A DNA stretch of 64,000 bases, from assembly GCA_024137785.1 (NCBI GenBank), contig JAHRHZ010000024.1, positions 12,979,895 to 13,043,894 of the forward strand, read 5' to 3'. The DNA is from Ginglymostoma cirratum (lineage: Eukaryota). The notes under the pieces were generated by a model. That model saw only the letters and a list, made by a program, of their open reading frames with translations, ran no database searches and was not told the origin of the DNA. Positions 25,794 through 38,666 of this stretch are shown one piece after another. A program made the position numbers and the translations under genes. Positions within the stretch are counted from its first letter, which is position 1. The number at the start of each line of letters is the position of its first letter.

Positions 25794-27769
25794 TCAGGAA
25801 GTAGGCTGTTTACTAATGAGAGTGAAAAGAACTACATGTTAAAAAGTTATTAAATACTGAATGCACAAGATAATTCCATTTTAGAAACCATTAAGCCTAA
25901 CATTCTTTCACTCACCAAATTTCCCAAGTACCCTGCTGAAGCAGTGCTTGTCAAGCTAAATTTCATGTAACATTGTGCTCAAGTGAAAACTCCTCTTTCA
26001 AATGTTTTGCTATGATTTCTCCTGGTACATAAGCAGTTAGCTAACCACTCTAATTTTGGACTCTGCCTGTGCTTTAAGGCTGGCATATTGGTGAGACACT
26101 TGACCACTGCCTTGTGGAGAGGTTCTCATTAGAACAGTTTTCTCCAAGAAAACATGAATGCAAAATGCAAATGTCAAGAAATAACAACCCAAATCATTAA
26201 ATTTATTCTCAACTTTGTGACAATCAGGTAACTTATACACAGATGAAACAAAGCCAAAAGCATTGCTGCAAGAGGGATCGTACAAGAGAGCACAATGCAG
26301 CTAATCATGAATAAAGATAGTCCTCTAAATGAGGGCTGAGACCCCTTGGACAATATCCTGATCTGGATAATATTTGTCTATCATCCCAACCGGAAATAGG
26401 CTCTAGCCAATATTGGGCCAAAGGTGTTTGTTTAGACTGCTACTGACACTTCAAATTAAATCAGATATTTCACAAGAGAAGTGTCATGAAGGAAATCCCA
26501 AATCATTTCTCAATAGCCAAATAACTGTTCTCCATTCTTGGATCAGATTGAAAAGCAGTAGAAGCAGATCTAACAGCTGTTTAGTGTAACCTTCACTCAC
26601 AGCCATAGACCCACAGAATAGAAATCAGCCAAACATTCAGTGTTCTACCATATATATAGATTTTAAAAAGCCTGAAAACATCAGGATTCTGATAACTGTG
26701 TAGGTGCACTGAGCAGCTGAGCAGTTTGCAGGTAACTCTGCTTTACGAATTCAGTAACATAATAACCATGCTGTAATACTCTGAGCTTCTGTAACAGAGA
26801 GATGCATAATAAGTACCACAAAAGAAAGGGGTCAAATGACAAAAAAAAATTTAAAGGGGTTGATTGACTACATTTTACTCTGTAAAGTTAGTCACCTCAA
26901 TGACGAAAATGCCTAGTTTCCATGGAGTATGAATACAGATCATAAAATGGATTCCTATCACCTACTTAATCAGTATCTATGCATATGTGCGTACGCATGA
27001 ATTGAGCTAGACACAATACTTTGCCCAGAGCCACAGCCTGACTACAGTCACTGACAGTCCTATGGAGAAGAGCTCTTTGTGCAAAATATGAGAGGTTACT
27101 CCCATCTGTGAAACTGTAAACCTACATTCTTCACTGGTTTCATCACAGTAAACATGTTGACTGCCTGTGTTTCAAACAGACAGTAGAGTTGAGTCATTAA
27201 AGCAATCTCGTTTCATTCCCTTGTTCCCAAAGTCCTGCAAGACTTTTTCCCTTAAAGTCCTTATCCAATTTCCTTCAGAAATTATTGATCACCTCCATTT
27301 CCACCACCCATATGCACCGACACAAAATATCAGCTTTCAGCACAACTCATATTCTTTTCTTCAGAGTAAGAAGTCTATGCATTATCACGTGCTCCAAATG
27401 CTGGTTTGTGACTCGGAGCAAGAAACTGCTGTGAAGACCTATGCTCCTACACATACCAGTCAAAAAACTTAGCGAGGGCAAAGGAGCAGCTGTTGCAAAA
27501 AGTAGCCCAATGCATTCTCTGCCTTACAACAATAGAATGTCAACAGCAATGGATTAAAAATTGGTAATTTTTTAATGTTAATAGAATGTGTTATGTTCAC
27601 TGGCTGTTATGTTTGTACACATTACTGTAATGATATTCTGAGGGCAAATTACTAATCACAGAATGTACAAGGTGCTATGTCACTGTGACTATGCATAGTT
27701 ATGTTCGTGGGACATGTAGTGCATAGGCTAATGTTATGTTGTTTGCGTGCAGTTATAATATTTTCAACA

Positions 27770-28750
27770 TCTTCCCCACAAGACATCAAGGTAACTCATC
27801 TATAGTTTCCTGATTTTTGTCTCCCTCCTTTCTTGAAGAGAATATATGTTTGCTATCTTCCAGCCTAATGGAACTTTTCCAGAATAGAGGGAATTTTGAA
27901 AATTGGGCAACGTCTTTCCTATCTCATTGACAACCTTTTTTCAAGAACCTAAGATGAAATTCATCTGGGGCTGATGGCTTTCAGTACAAACCTCCAGTTT
28001 GCTTTTTGTCACTTTCCTTGTAATTGTCAGTTTGCTACATTACTCCTCCCTTCTACCTCCTGATTTACAGCTTTCATGGAATATTTTGTGCACCCTCTAC
28101 AGAGAGAACAGAAACAAATATTAATTCAGTTCATCCACTAATTCCTTATTATTAAATATTAACTCCCCATTCTCACTCTGTCGTGGACCAAAACTCAATT
28201 TACTTATTCTTTCTTTTCTCGGTAACCATAGAAACTATTGTTATCCATTTTTACATTTCTAACTAGTTTCTCCCTCGTACTCTAATGTCATCTTCCTGGT
28301 TAACCTGTTGCTCATTCACCATCATTCTTCATGCTCTGACCAATCATCTGACCACACACACAAACATATACGGTTATGTGCTATTTTTCTTAAGTTTGAT
28401 GCTTTCCCGAACTTCTTTAGTACAGGTTCTCCCTTTAGAATCTTTCTTTCTTGTAAGAATGTACATATTCATATGTATTCTGAAATATCCCTCAAATATT
28501 TGCCACTTCCACTCTATTGATCCACCCCCTAGCCTACTATATAAGTTCACTGCAACTTGGCAAACTTTCATGCTCACATAATTACCCTATTTAGGCTTAA
28601 AATACTCGCAGTCCTCTCCCTTTCAAAACGGATGCAAAATCACACATATTGTGGTCCCTGCCACCTAGGGATAACTTAACTCTGAGATAATTAATTAATT
28701 AATCCTATCAAATGCACAATACCAACATTAATATAACCTGCTCTTTGGTC
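27770..28750 (-). mobile_element. CR1 ORF2 fragment (endonuclease end to RT start)
   Basis: ctatagtttcctg = GNYR; parallels 15640-16640. Confidence 0.75.
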
Positions 28751-28769
28751 AGATCCGAGATTGGCTTTG

Positions 28770-29150
28770 AGACCAGTGTCAGGGTTCAAGACATCTCCTC
28801 AAGGCTGGAAAGGAACATGCTATGGGTGGGCGACGATATAGTGGTGGTGGTCCATGTAACTGTCAGTCATATTGGGAGAAACAGGAAAGAGATTAGCAAC
28901 AAGAGTATAAGGAGCTTGGCTCTAAATTGAAAGGCACAACCTCAGAAGGTTGTAATCTGTGCAATATTACATCAGTCAAGTGCAAGTGGCATAGCGTACC
29001 TAAAATCAAAGAATTGAATACATGGCTCAAAAATTAATGCAGGAGAAATGGGTTCTAAATTGTCGCCCACTGGCACCAATACTGGGGGAAATCTACATTT
29101 CAACCATGACGCCTAGTGCTCTGATGAGACTCATTATTCATGATGTCGAC
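28770..29150 (+). pseudogene. CR1 ORF1 SGNH-esterase-like fragment
   Basis: VRVQDISSRLERN...VVVVHV..SHIGRNRKE, then ELGSKLK...IKELNTWLK...NGF...HWHQYWG with frameshifts. Confidence 0.75.
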
Positions 29151-31169
29151 AGGATGTGATAGCTATATTCTAAAGTTAAAGATTTTATACTAAAACACCC
29201 GAACTATGAATAAAGTATTCACAATTAAATGTTTCTATATTTAATAGGGATTTTTAAAATATATTGACTGAAAATAAGCTACGAAAAGCAACCTCCCAAC
29301 ACTGATTAAAACCTTCAGCAATAAAATAGAATTTAAACTTACTTCAGCATCTAGGAAGGTCACCAAAAACATTCAATTTTGTGAACTGTCAGCAGATTTT
29401 TAGCTGTTAATCAGCTTTTGATAGTTTTCTAGGTCAGCGCATGTGAAAGACAATGAGGTAGGAAAGAAAATTAGGACAATGAAACATGTGTAGAGTCACT
29501 CACTTGTCAAAAAGATTTTAGACCTGTAGTAAGAATGCACCCCTCAATTTTTTTTAAGCCATTAGTCACACAGCTTTGGCAGTTTTCTCTATCTCAGTAC
29601 TTCATTTATTTTTTGTGCAGCAGTATTGGAAAAAAATCAGTTGGTGACAAACAAAAAAGCCCTAGAGGTTCAGGATGTGAGGATATTTTTTCCTGAAGGA
29701 GTGAAGACACATTGTGGTGCAAAGCTGTGGAAGCTGCAGCACTGAACAGCTAACTGAGAAAAACAAGACAGAGCACAAAACTGATAAAACCAAGGATAAT
29801 TACTGTTTATACTTATTTAAGGACCTTGGCCTTCATTCTTCAAAGTTTATTCAGTCCCATTGTGCTCCTGCCGTTTGAAACAGGCTAATTTTTTTTAAAT
29901 TCAAACATTGCATGCATGTTAGTTTGATTCACTCATAAATTGCTTTTGAGATTGCCAATCTTCTTTTTAATAGCATGTTTTAAATGGAATCACATCCAAA
30001 TCAACATTCAATCACATTCCATTAGCTTTCAAACTAAAGAAAAATCCATGTAAATCTTCACCTCGACCATCAATGTGGGAAAATAAATAGACTATGTAAT
30101 AACAAAAATGTGTAGACACTAAAATGCGACCAACTCTAATTTACAGCTGGTGTTGACGACCCAGTAAAATTTATTAAATCGGCCTGGAAGTGTAAGCAAG
30201 CTCAGATGATGTTTATATTGTTTTCATCCTTGTAGATTTTGTAAAAGGAGATTCACACAGTTTGGCCTTAATACCAATCTATTAATTTAAACCTGGCACT
30301 TTTAAAGTAGTCTTGTAGCCCTGCCTCTAAACATCCCAACAGTCATTCTGTGCAAACTTAACTGTGTAGGATACCATTCACTGGACATTTTCAGCTGGCC
30401 AAGTTGACTGTTTTCAAATATGATTTAAATAGAAATAATATATTTCTATTTTTGGTTTCATTGCAAAACGTTATCACTTTCAATGCTGAACTACCTGGAC
30501 TAGTTTAACACTGAAACAAAACAATCCATTTTCACAACTTTTGAAGCATACTAAAACCTCAAAATTAGTCAAAGAACTGCATTCTTTTATTAAACATGTG
30601 CAATACAGAAGGGGTCTTGTGATGCAGCGTTAGTCACCAGAAGCTGCAGGCTTCTGGCTCACCAGAAGTTCCAGGGGTATGTCATTTATGCCACAATAGG
30701 TTTTCTTCTGCAAAAAACTGTCTCATTTGGAATTTTTCACGTTGTTATTTGAAATTGGTAGCAATGGTTCCAAATGAAACTTCTCCACTCCCTCCTACAC
30801 CAACCACACCTCTTAACCCCGTTTTAGTGTCATTTTTCCTTTGCTCCTGAACTCCCTTCTCAACTCTCAAAGGATAACAGGTGATACCTTCTCATGATCA
30901 TACAACAGCACACGTCAGAAAATCAGACTGGTCCCTTTGTAGACATGCTCTCCAAACAATGTCAGTTCTTCCCAGTCATTGCAAGTGTGCTTGCCTCCAG
31001 GGTTCAAGAGAATCTCCCAAAAAGACTTACACTGGATACAAGGTTGAGGGAATTATTGAACCCTTGATCCCTCTCCTAAGAATGCATTTTCAAGAATGAC
31101 CTTATGAATAACTATTTTCTTGGAAAGCAAGCAACAGTCAGTTATTTAGCTGTGAAACCATCTCAAACC

Positions 31170-31660
31170 AATGTAGTTGCATCTGAGGTAGTTCAGAGAA
31201 GGTTCACTAGGTTAACTCAAGAGATGAAAGGCTTGTTCTTTGAGGAGAGATTGAGCAAGTTAGGCCTATACTCTGTACAGTTTAGAAGGATGACAGGAGA
31301 TCCAATTCAGGTATATAAAATGGTAAAGGGAATTGACAGAATAAACATAGAGCAGATGTTTCCCCTTAAAAGGAAATCTAGAATGAGAGGTCATATTTTT
31401 ACTTCAGGTTTGTGGCTGATTTAAAACGGAGATGAAGCGGAATTGCTTCTCTCAAAGACTTGTGAATCTGAGAAATTAAATACTCCATTGTGTGGTGGAC
31501 ACGAGGACACTAAAGGGATAAACAGATTTTTGCCAAGGGATGGATGAGAGGTTATGGGGAGCAGGCAGTAAAGTGGAGTTGAATCTGAGATGAGATCAGC
31601 CATAATCTTATTAAATGGTGCAGCAGGCTCGAGTGACTGAAAATTGGCTACCTCTGCACC
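31170..31660 (+). mobile_element. CR1 LINE 3' end
   Basis: EVVQRRFTRL..EMKGL.FEERLSKLGLYSVQFRRMTGD.IQVYKMVKGIDR...MFPL...SRMRGH. Confidence 0.9.
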
Positions 31661-31665
31661 TAATT

Positions 31666-32125
31666 ATAGAGTCAGAGAGTCATACAGCATGGAAGCAGAC
31701 CCTTCAATCCCACTCATCCACACCGCCCAGACATCCCAATGTGACCAAATTCCAGTTGCCAGCATTTGGCCCATATCACTCTAAACGCTTCCTATTCATA
31801 TGCCCATTCAAATGCCTTTTTAATGTTATAGTTGTACCAGTCTCCACCACTTCCTTTGGCAGCTCATTCGATAGATGGACCACCCTCTGCATGAAAAGCT
31901 GCCCCCTAGATCCTTTTTAAATCTTTTTATGCTCACTCTAAACCTATGTCCTCTAGTTTTGGACTCCCCCACCCGAGGATAAAGACCTGGGCTATTCATC
32001 CGATCCACGCCCTTCATGATTTCATAAACTTCCATAAAGTCATCCCTCAGCTTCTGATGTTCCAGGGAAAAGAGCCCCAGCCTATTCAGCCTCTTCCTAT
32101 AATTCAAATCCTCCTATCCCAATAT
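31666..32125 (-). mobile_element. HER1/CR1 LINE 3' end, tail-to-tail with previous copy
   Basis: YRKRLNRLGLFSLE..KLRDD.MEVYEIMKGVDRMNS..LYPRVGESKTRGHRF. Confidence 0.92.
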
Positions 32126-34476
32126 CAATGAAGGGATATATTGCTTAACAGCTGACAATGTTCAATTTAATCTGGGCCACGGTGTATTTGTATATCACTT
32201 GCATTTTTTTCAAATAAATGGATTTTAAAATGTCCATTTGTGTTGCTTAACACCAGATTTGGAATGTTTTAATCATATGTATCTATCTATATGTGGCTCA
32301 TGCACTTTTGTTAAGCATTTTAATGTTATTCTAAAATCCATAAAATTCCAAAATACAGAAACACCTTGGTCCCAAGCGTTCTAGGTTGGTGAGGTTACAG
32401 TGTAATCTCATTAAAATGTTATTTAAATATTAACAATTCTTATGTTCTTTGCATGTTCATATCTACATTTATGTGTTCTAATTAACCTGTCATTTAAAAC
32501 AGTCCACAGCAGGTGGCTCACTGCAGAGAAGCAATCTAACCTATCATACTTTGTGGTTTCTTATAAATAAGACTCTCCGTTCCACCTTATGCTCTATAGT
32601 TACTTACTGAAAAAGAACCGCAATGATGTCAATGCTGTTGTGCTGTTGAGAGAAACAATCTACAAATGATTTTAAATTTGTATCTCCGGGAGAAGATAGT
32701 CATTGCTCTTTGTTAAAGAGCAGAATTCTAAAATTTATTTCTATACTGAGGATAGCTAAAGCACGGAACGCACATGTAAACACAACAGTAAGCAGTGCTA
32801 TAAGCAGCATCCAAAAAGGCTTTTAAGGAAGAGAAGCAAATATTTGAAAACAAATTAGAAGAACAAGGGATAAAGGATTAAGCTGTTAGCTATTATAAAG
32901 TGCCATCACAATGGGACTAATCACCTCTAAAGTTCAATGTAATGAAAGCACAGCCATACAACCTAGCTCACAGCATATTCAATGCTCTTTTTCAAAGACC
33001 ACTGAATGAAGAAGCAATAGTGTTGTCCTCTTTGGTTACTATCATGCTATTTAAACCATTTGTATAAGTGCAGCAATAATGTCTGAGGATGGGATCCATT
33101 CTAAACTTAGAGAACATAAAAAATAGATATTGGAAGTATTTTGTTTAACATAAATGATATTCACATTATTCAGTAGGCATCAAATATTAGAATATTTCAA
33201 TCCAGTAAAATTAGTTGGAGTATAAGCATCCATGAGCAATGTATTTTAGCTTCGACTTCCAAAGCACAGAACTACTGCTCAAGTAGAAAACTATTGTGCC
33301 AGGTAAGCCCATCTGAAGAGAGGTTGTCAATTTGGCAATTAGTGCAAAATTTGGAATGTGATTGGCCAGCGATTTTCAAGAGATTGCACAAACTAAGTCA
33401 GGAGTGAGGAAGTTGTCATGCATCAGTCTAGGCTGCATTGTTACTTCATATTTAGAGGCATAAGATTACTGTGATAACTCAATATGTTGTGCAGCCTGAG
33501 GAGTTCCTAGTTAGTTCACAGATGCCTACTCAACTGTGGATTACTTCCAGAGCAATAGACACTGATAAACTTATGAATGAAAGATTTTAAAACTATAAAT
33601 TACTTTCGTGAGACAGACTGCGAGGGCTGTTTGACCATTATAAGCCCAAAAAAACAAAAATATCCTCATGACATCCTTTACAAAAAGAGTAGCATTAAAC
33701 TGTCAACAATTAGGCTGGCTCAGTTTTATTAACTAATCCTTTATTAAAAAGAAACTGGCCGTCATTGTCACTGCAGTTCAGAGAAATGTCAGGCAGGATA
33801 ATTATTGAAACTGGGCCAAGTAGATGTGGGAGTAAAGTGACAACACAATGACTGCGCCAATCAGCTGATCTCAAAAGGCAGAGAATTGCACATAGTTTAA
33901 TAAATAAACAGTTTACAACATGGTGCATGGATCAGTAAATACTAATTGGGTAGTATGTGTTATTACAGAGATCACAAATTATAGCAGGAGCATTTTATTG
34001 CATTGCAGACGGATGTTTTAGCATGCTCATAAATCTAATTGGTTTTCAGTTCAAAACCACAAGAGCTAGTCAATATAATGACCACCAGAAGGTACCTTCT
34101 AATCACAGTGTGTTTGTTGAAGAGCACAGCAATATGCTCAGATTCACTGCATCAGAATCGGCACAATATTTGCTATTTTGCAGATAATTAAAGCCACTTT
34201 CTCCAGTCATTTGCTTCCGTCCCACTGAAGAGAACTCCATAAAATAGCCACTTCTTACAAACCATCATCATAAAATACAACTTGCTTTAAGGAACATTAT
34301 AAACTATTACAGAAACTGTCATTTCCTCACAGGTATTGAAGTGATTCAAGAGAATTTATACTCAGCCAGACAAACTGAACAATCTAGTCATGCAGAAAAT
34401 GCACATTTTAATACTGGCTAATTAATGCTCCTACTTAACTCTACTCTTGCTTTGTCAGCTGCCCACATTCTATTCT

Positions 34477-34700
34477 GGGGTCAGTTAGCTTAGTTGGCTG
34501 GATGGCTGATTTGCAATGCTGAGTGATTGCAACAGCATGGGTTCAATTCCTGTACAAACTGAGGTTACCATGAAAAACTCTCTTTCTCAACTTCTTCCCT
34601 TGCCTGAGATCTGGTAGCCCTCAGATTCAACCACTATCAATCATCTCTGTCTAATAAGAGAGTAGCAATACAGTCTGGTAGGGCTACTGCATCTTTATCT
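34477..34700 (+). mobile_element. tRNA-derived SINE (second family)
   Basis: A box tagcttagttgg, B box ggttcaattcc; reverse-complement copy at 63603-63980. Confidence 0.75.
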
Positions 34701-35674
34701 TCACTTTTTCTTTTTTTTAATGCACAGCACATCAAACTGCGAAGGAACACATCTCAACTAAGGCCTTGGAACAGTTCTGCAATGGTTAACAAGCACCAAC
34801 ATTGTAAGAAGCACTCTAAATCAGCAATTCCCTCCAATTCTGAACCAAGAACAACTTACTTTGCAGTTTCAAATTCCACAAGGATCAAATTTAACGCTTG
34901 AAGTCAGACTTCAAACTCAGTTGGGACTCAACTGCGCCATCATATTAGGCAATCATAACAACTTTTTAACTAAATTACAACCCAACAACCGTCTGCTTAG
35001 AAACAACTACTTTACACCTAATCACAAAAAATTATGTCTTCTCAATAACACAATCTCAAGATTCAACAGAAAATGAAACTGAACCGCTGTCTAAGCAATT
35101 ATGCGGGGAGCACTGGAGATGATGTTCTGGTGTATTAACACAAACATTTCTGGAAAGAACATTAATGGATTATGGAATCTGTTACATCTCAAGTTTCAAC
35201 TCTTCCTTGCATAACAGCAGCACCGAACTTAAACAATGGTTTCCAGTTAAAGATCATATTTGATGCAGTTTGAAATAGTGCAGCAGTCTTGTCACTTCGA
35301 AAAAATTAACTTGTTACTTAAAAGTCAACTCACAATAGAAATGATACTGCAGCAATAAAAATGGATGCAGAACTACACATGGAAGAGAGAAATTTTGAAA
35401 GTGATATGATTGATGCTCTTAGGATTCCAACAAGCTACATAACAGTAGACTATGGCAAGTTATAGCAGACCTATATTAGCTTGTGCTTATGTTCATTACT
35501 ACACACCAGCTTCTACTCAAATTTTAAGGTTTTCTCCCTCTTGGTGGTAATAAATAAAGAGATGGATGTGGACGAAGCAGACAATTCTGTTCATTTTAAA
35601 TTATCCGATCCAGTCAAGGTTCTACAAATCCCCCGTGATTACCTCTAACTTCACCAAATCCAAGATATTTGTTG

Positions 35675-35980
35675 ATATGAGCACATGAATTAGGAAAAAG
35701 GATAGGTTATTCAGTCCTTTGAGCCTGATCTGCTATTTGATGAGATCATTGCTGATCTGATTATGGCCTCAATGTAACTGTTGTGCCTACTCTCTGTACC
35801 CTTGACTCCTCTTATCAATCAAGAATCTCACTCAGCCTGCAAAATCTTTAACAATGCTGCCTCCACTTGTTTCTGAGGAATAGAATTCCACAGTCTACTT
35901 CCCATAAGTGTGAAAAAAGAAAATTCCACATCTTAAATGGGGGACACCTTATTTTTAAACTGATCTACCTAGTTTCTCTC
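35675..35980 (-). mobile_element. CR1 3' tail
   Basis: cacatgaattaggaaaaggataggttattcagtcctttgagcctg...agaattccacag; parallels 14222-14480. Confidence 0.7.
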
Positions 35981-36417
35981 CCACTGTCAAGTCACAAAGC
36001 AATTCTTCATTTTGAACCTGTACATACAGCATTGAGAAAAAGCCATTCATCTATATCATAGTTATCACAACCCTGGAACATCCCGAAGCCCTTTATAGTC
36101 AATGAAGTACTTTATAAGTATTTGACTGGTTGTATAGAACTTGAGTATTGTCGAAAAATGACACTCTGTAGAGGAACTTCATCTTTCACTCAGTGGGACA
36201 ATATGCAAGAATACCAATTCAACGAGAAAATCAATGTTCATTCTTCATGAGAGGACACTATTGATTGGATAGAAAATAGAGGCTTGTAGCAGCATTAACA
36301 TGGGAATACATCCATTAGTTCTTGCACAGCTTGCACCTATCAATCAGCATAAATGGGTGCCTTTTGTGTGGCAATACCTTTAACAGCATCCAGTTGCCAA
36401 ACAATCAGTGCTGGCTG

Positions 36418-36830
36418 AAGACTCTGGGTCTGCACTTGATGGAGTTTAGAAGGATAGGGGAGATCTCATTGACACTTACAGAATACTGAGAGATCTGGAT
36501 GGAGTGGATGTGAAGAAAATGTTTTCACTAGTGGGAGAGACTAAAACCCAAGGGCACAGCATCAGAGTAAAGGGACAACCCTTTCGAATTGAGATGAGGA
36601 GGATTTTCTTCAGCCATAAGTTGGTGAATCTGTGCAACTCGTTGCCTCAGAGGGTTGTGGATGTCAAGTCGTTAAGTTAAGGTAGAGGTAGATAGGTTCT
36701 TGATTGGTAAGGGGATCAAGGGTTACAGGGAGAAGACAGAATAGGGTCCAGAAATAAATCAGCCATGATTAAATAGCAGAGTAGACTCAATGGGCCAAAT
36801 GGTGTAATCCTGTTCCTATCTTTTATGGTC
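36418..36830 (+). mobile_element. CR1 LINE 3' end
   Basis: ctgggtctgcacttgatggagtttagaaggat...aatgggccaaatggtgtaatcctgttcctatcttttatggtct. Confidence 0.88.
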
Positions 36831-36924
36831 TGTTCTCTCATGCAGTGCAAAAGTTGGTTTTCCCTTGAATTTGTATCCTTGTGAATTGTCCTGTTAAACG
36901 CAAGATAATAAAGCTTTAATAGAA

Positions 36925-37138
36925 ATAACAAGTGTGCAGCTGGATGAACACAGCAGGCCAAGCAGCATCAGAGGAGCAGGAAGGCTGACGTTTCTGGCCT
37001 ACACCCTTCTTCAGAAATGGAAGGCTGACATTTCGGGCCTAGATCCTTCTTCAGAAATGGTGCTTGGCTTGCTGTGTTCACCCAGCTCCACACCTTGTTA
37101 TCTCAGAATCTACAGCATCTGCAGTTCCTAATATCTCT
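36925..37138 (+). mobile_element. Young PLE insertion: inverted arm, duplicated hammerhead unit, direct arm and tail; 14-bp TSD
   Basis: aagctttaa(t/c)agaa at 36911-36924 and 37139-37152. Confidence 0.9.
36981..37060 (-). ncRNA. Tandem pair of minimal hammerhead ribozyme cores (2 x 40 bp)
   Basis: Minus strand ccatttCTGAAGAaggatctaggcccGAAAtGTCagcctt-ccatttCTGAAGAagggtgtaggccaGAAAcGTCagcctt. Confidence 0.7.
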
Positions 37139-37204
37139 AAGCTTTAACAGAATGTTTTTTTTTTGCGGCAATTCTTTATAAGTGTAGTTGCTACAGGAAT
37201 GTAA

Positions 37205-37400
37205 GACAATAAACCCATTCTAAACTCCATTGAGTTTCGACCCTGAGTCATCAACTGCTCCTCATATGACAAGCCCTTCATCACCAGGTTTAATATTGTA
37301 AACATCTTCTGGACCCCCTCCATTGCCAGTACATCCTTCCTTAGATATGGGGCTCAATAATGCTAACAATATTCCAAATGTGGTCTGACCACAGTCTGAC
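37205..37400 (-). mobile_element. CR1 ORF2 C-terminal fragment
   Basis: Parallels 14580-14770. Confidence 0.75.
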
Positions 37401-37667
37401 AAATGAAGGTTCGAGAGAAAAACCCTGAAAAAGAGTGAGCAACCATTAGCCTAGATCTTCTTGAGACAGATTTTTTGTATGGGCAAAGAGTTTTCTCGTG
37501 TTAGTGTCCACTCCAAATTCAAAGTAATTTTCTGATTGGGAGACACTAGACTCTTGGAAGGTGGAAGGTTGTTGATGACATTCCACGCTTGATATTGTCT
37601 GAGTGCAGGTTCAGATGTAAGACATAAGAAATAGCAGCAGTGTAGGCCATTCAGCCGTTCATGCTGG

Positions 37668-38666
37668 TGTGATGTTGGGTAGCGTATTTGTGGATTGGAA
37701 GGCAGGATGTCAGATTTTGATGTTTGAAAAAGTGATAAGGGGGAAATTGTGTGATCCATTTAAAAGACAATGTGTTTTTTCTCAGCTTGGAGATTTTAAA
37801 AAAAAATGTGCAGGTGCACAGAGCGCTCCTGAAATTGAAACACTGTATCAAAAGGCTGTGTGGTTAACCACCCAGGCGGTGGTTTGTTTTGTTAGTAGGA
37901 CAAGCAGTTTGAAAATCAGCCAATTAATTTAAACCAGACATTTAGAAACTAAAAAAAAACAATTAATTTTAAATCTGATGGTTTTGGCAAGCTAGGACCA
38001 ATCTTATTGTAATAAATTAATAGGTCATCAAGGGTATAAAAGAAGAGGGCATTTGAAAATCAGTAAGAGAGAAACTGCAAACTTATAGAGTTAATAATCA
38101 GCATCTCTAAAGAGAAAAATAACAGGCTTTCACAGAACTCTCTAAGCTCTCAGAAAACCATCATCTAATTAAAGGTACAGTGGCACAACTAATATCCTTG
38201 ACAGAAGAATCCTCGACAGGAGAAAGGTATTCCAGACTCAGGATCAGCAAACAGGGCACGGAGCATTCTGGATGACATACCCTGGCTATAATTTCGAGAG
38301 ACTAACTTTTAAGTTTTGTTTTATTTATCTGGTTTATATAAGTGGTACTTACATCTAATGGAACAGCATACCATTGGCATTTTGTTTTATTCGGGAATGA
38401 TTAGTAGTTAAGGGCGAATTGTTCAGTTTTTTTTAGTAGTTCTGTTAATTTGTTCACTGATAGAGTTAGATAAATAAATTGTCACTTTTTGACTATAGAG
38501 TGAAAGGGTTTCATTTCAGTTAACCACTCTTTTATAACAGATTGGGAGGTAAGGAGCAGGTTACACCACTCTTCACATTTACTTTAACAGACTATGAGGC
38601 GAGGCGAGTTTCAGTGGGTGTTTCAGTTTTAATTATCAGAGAGGTGTCAACCTCCATGTTGTCACA
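37668..38666 (+). mobile_element. Solo LTR (999 bp) inserted in a CR1 tail
   Basis: TGTGA...TCACA termini, CCAAT 37998, TATAAA 38035, AATAAA 38473; CR1 tail stops at 37667 and resumes after 38666; no clean TSD. Confidence 0.7.

Larger units (their letters stand above)
36143..37172. mobile_element. Old inverted-repeat element hosting nested CR1 and PLE insertions
   Basis: Reverse complement of 36143-36268 (ccaatcaatagtgtcctctcatg...ttgaattggtattcttgcatattgtcc) aligns to the right arm (acaatcagtgct|ctgttctctcatg...ttgaatttgtatccttgtgaattgtcc) once inserts are removed. Confidence 0.65.

Noticed and set aside
33250-33302. Apparent exon ttttag/...ccag/gtaagc
   Set aside because: Sequence resembles a very decayed CR1 RT motif (DFQKA...RKLL); no further support
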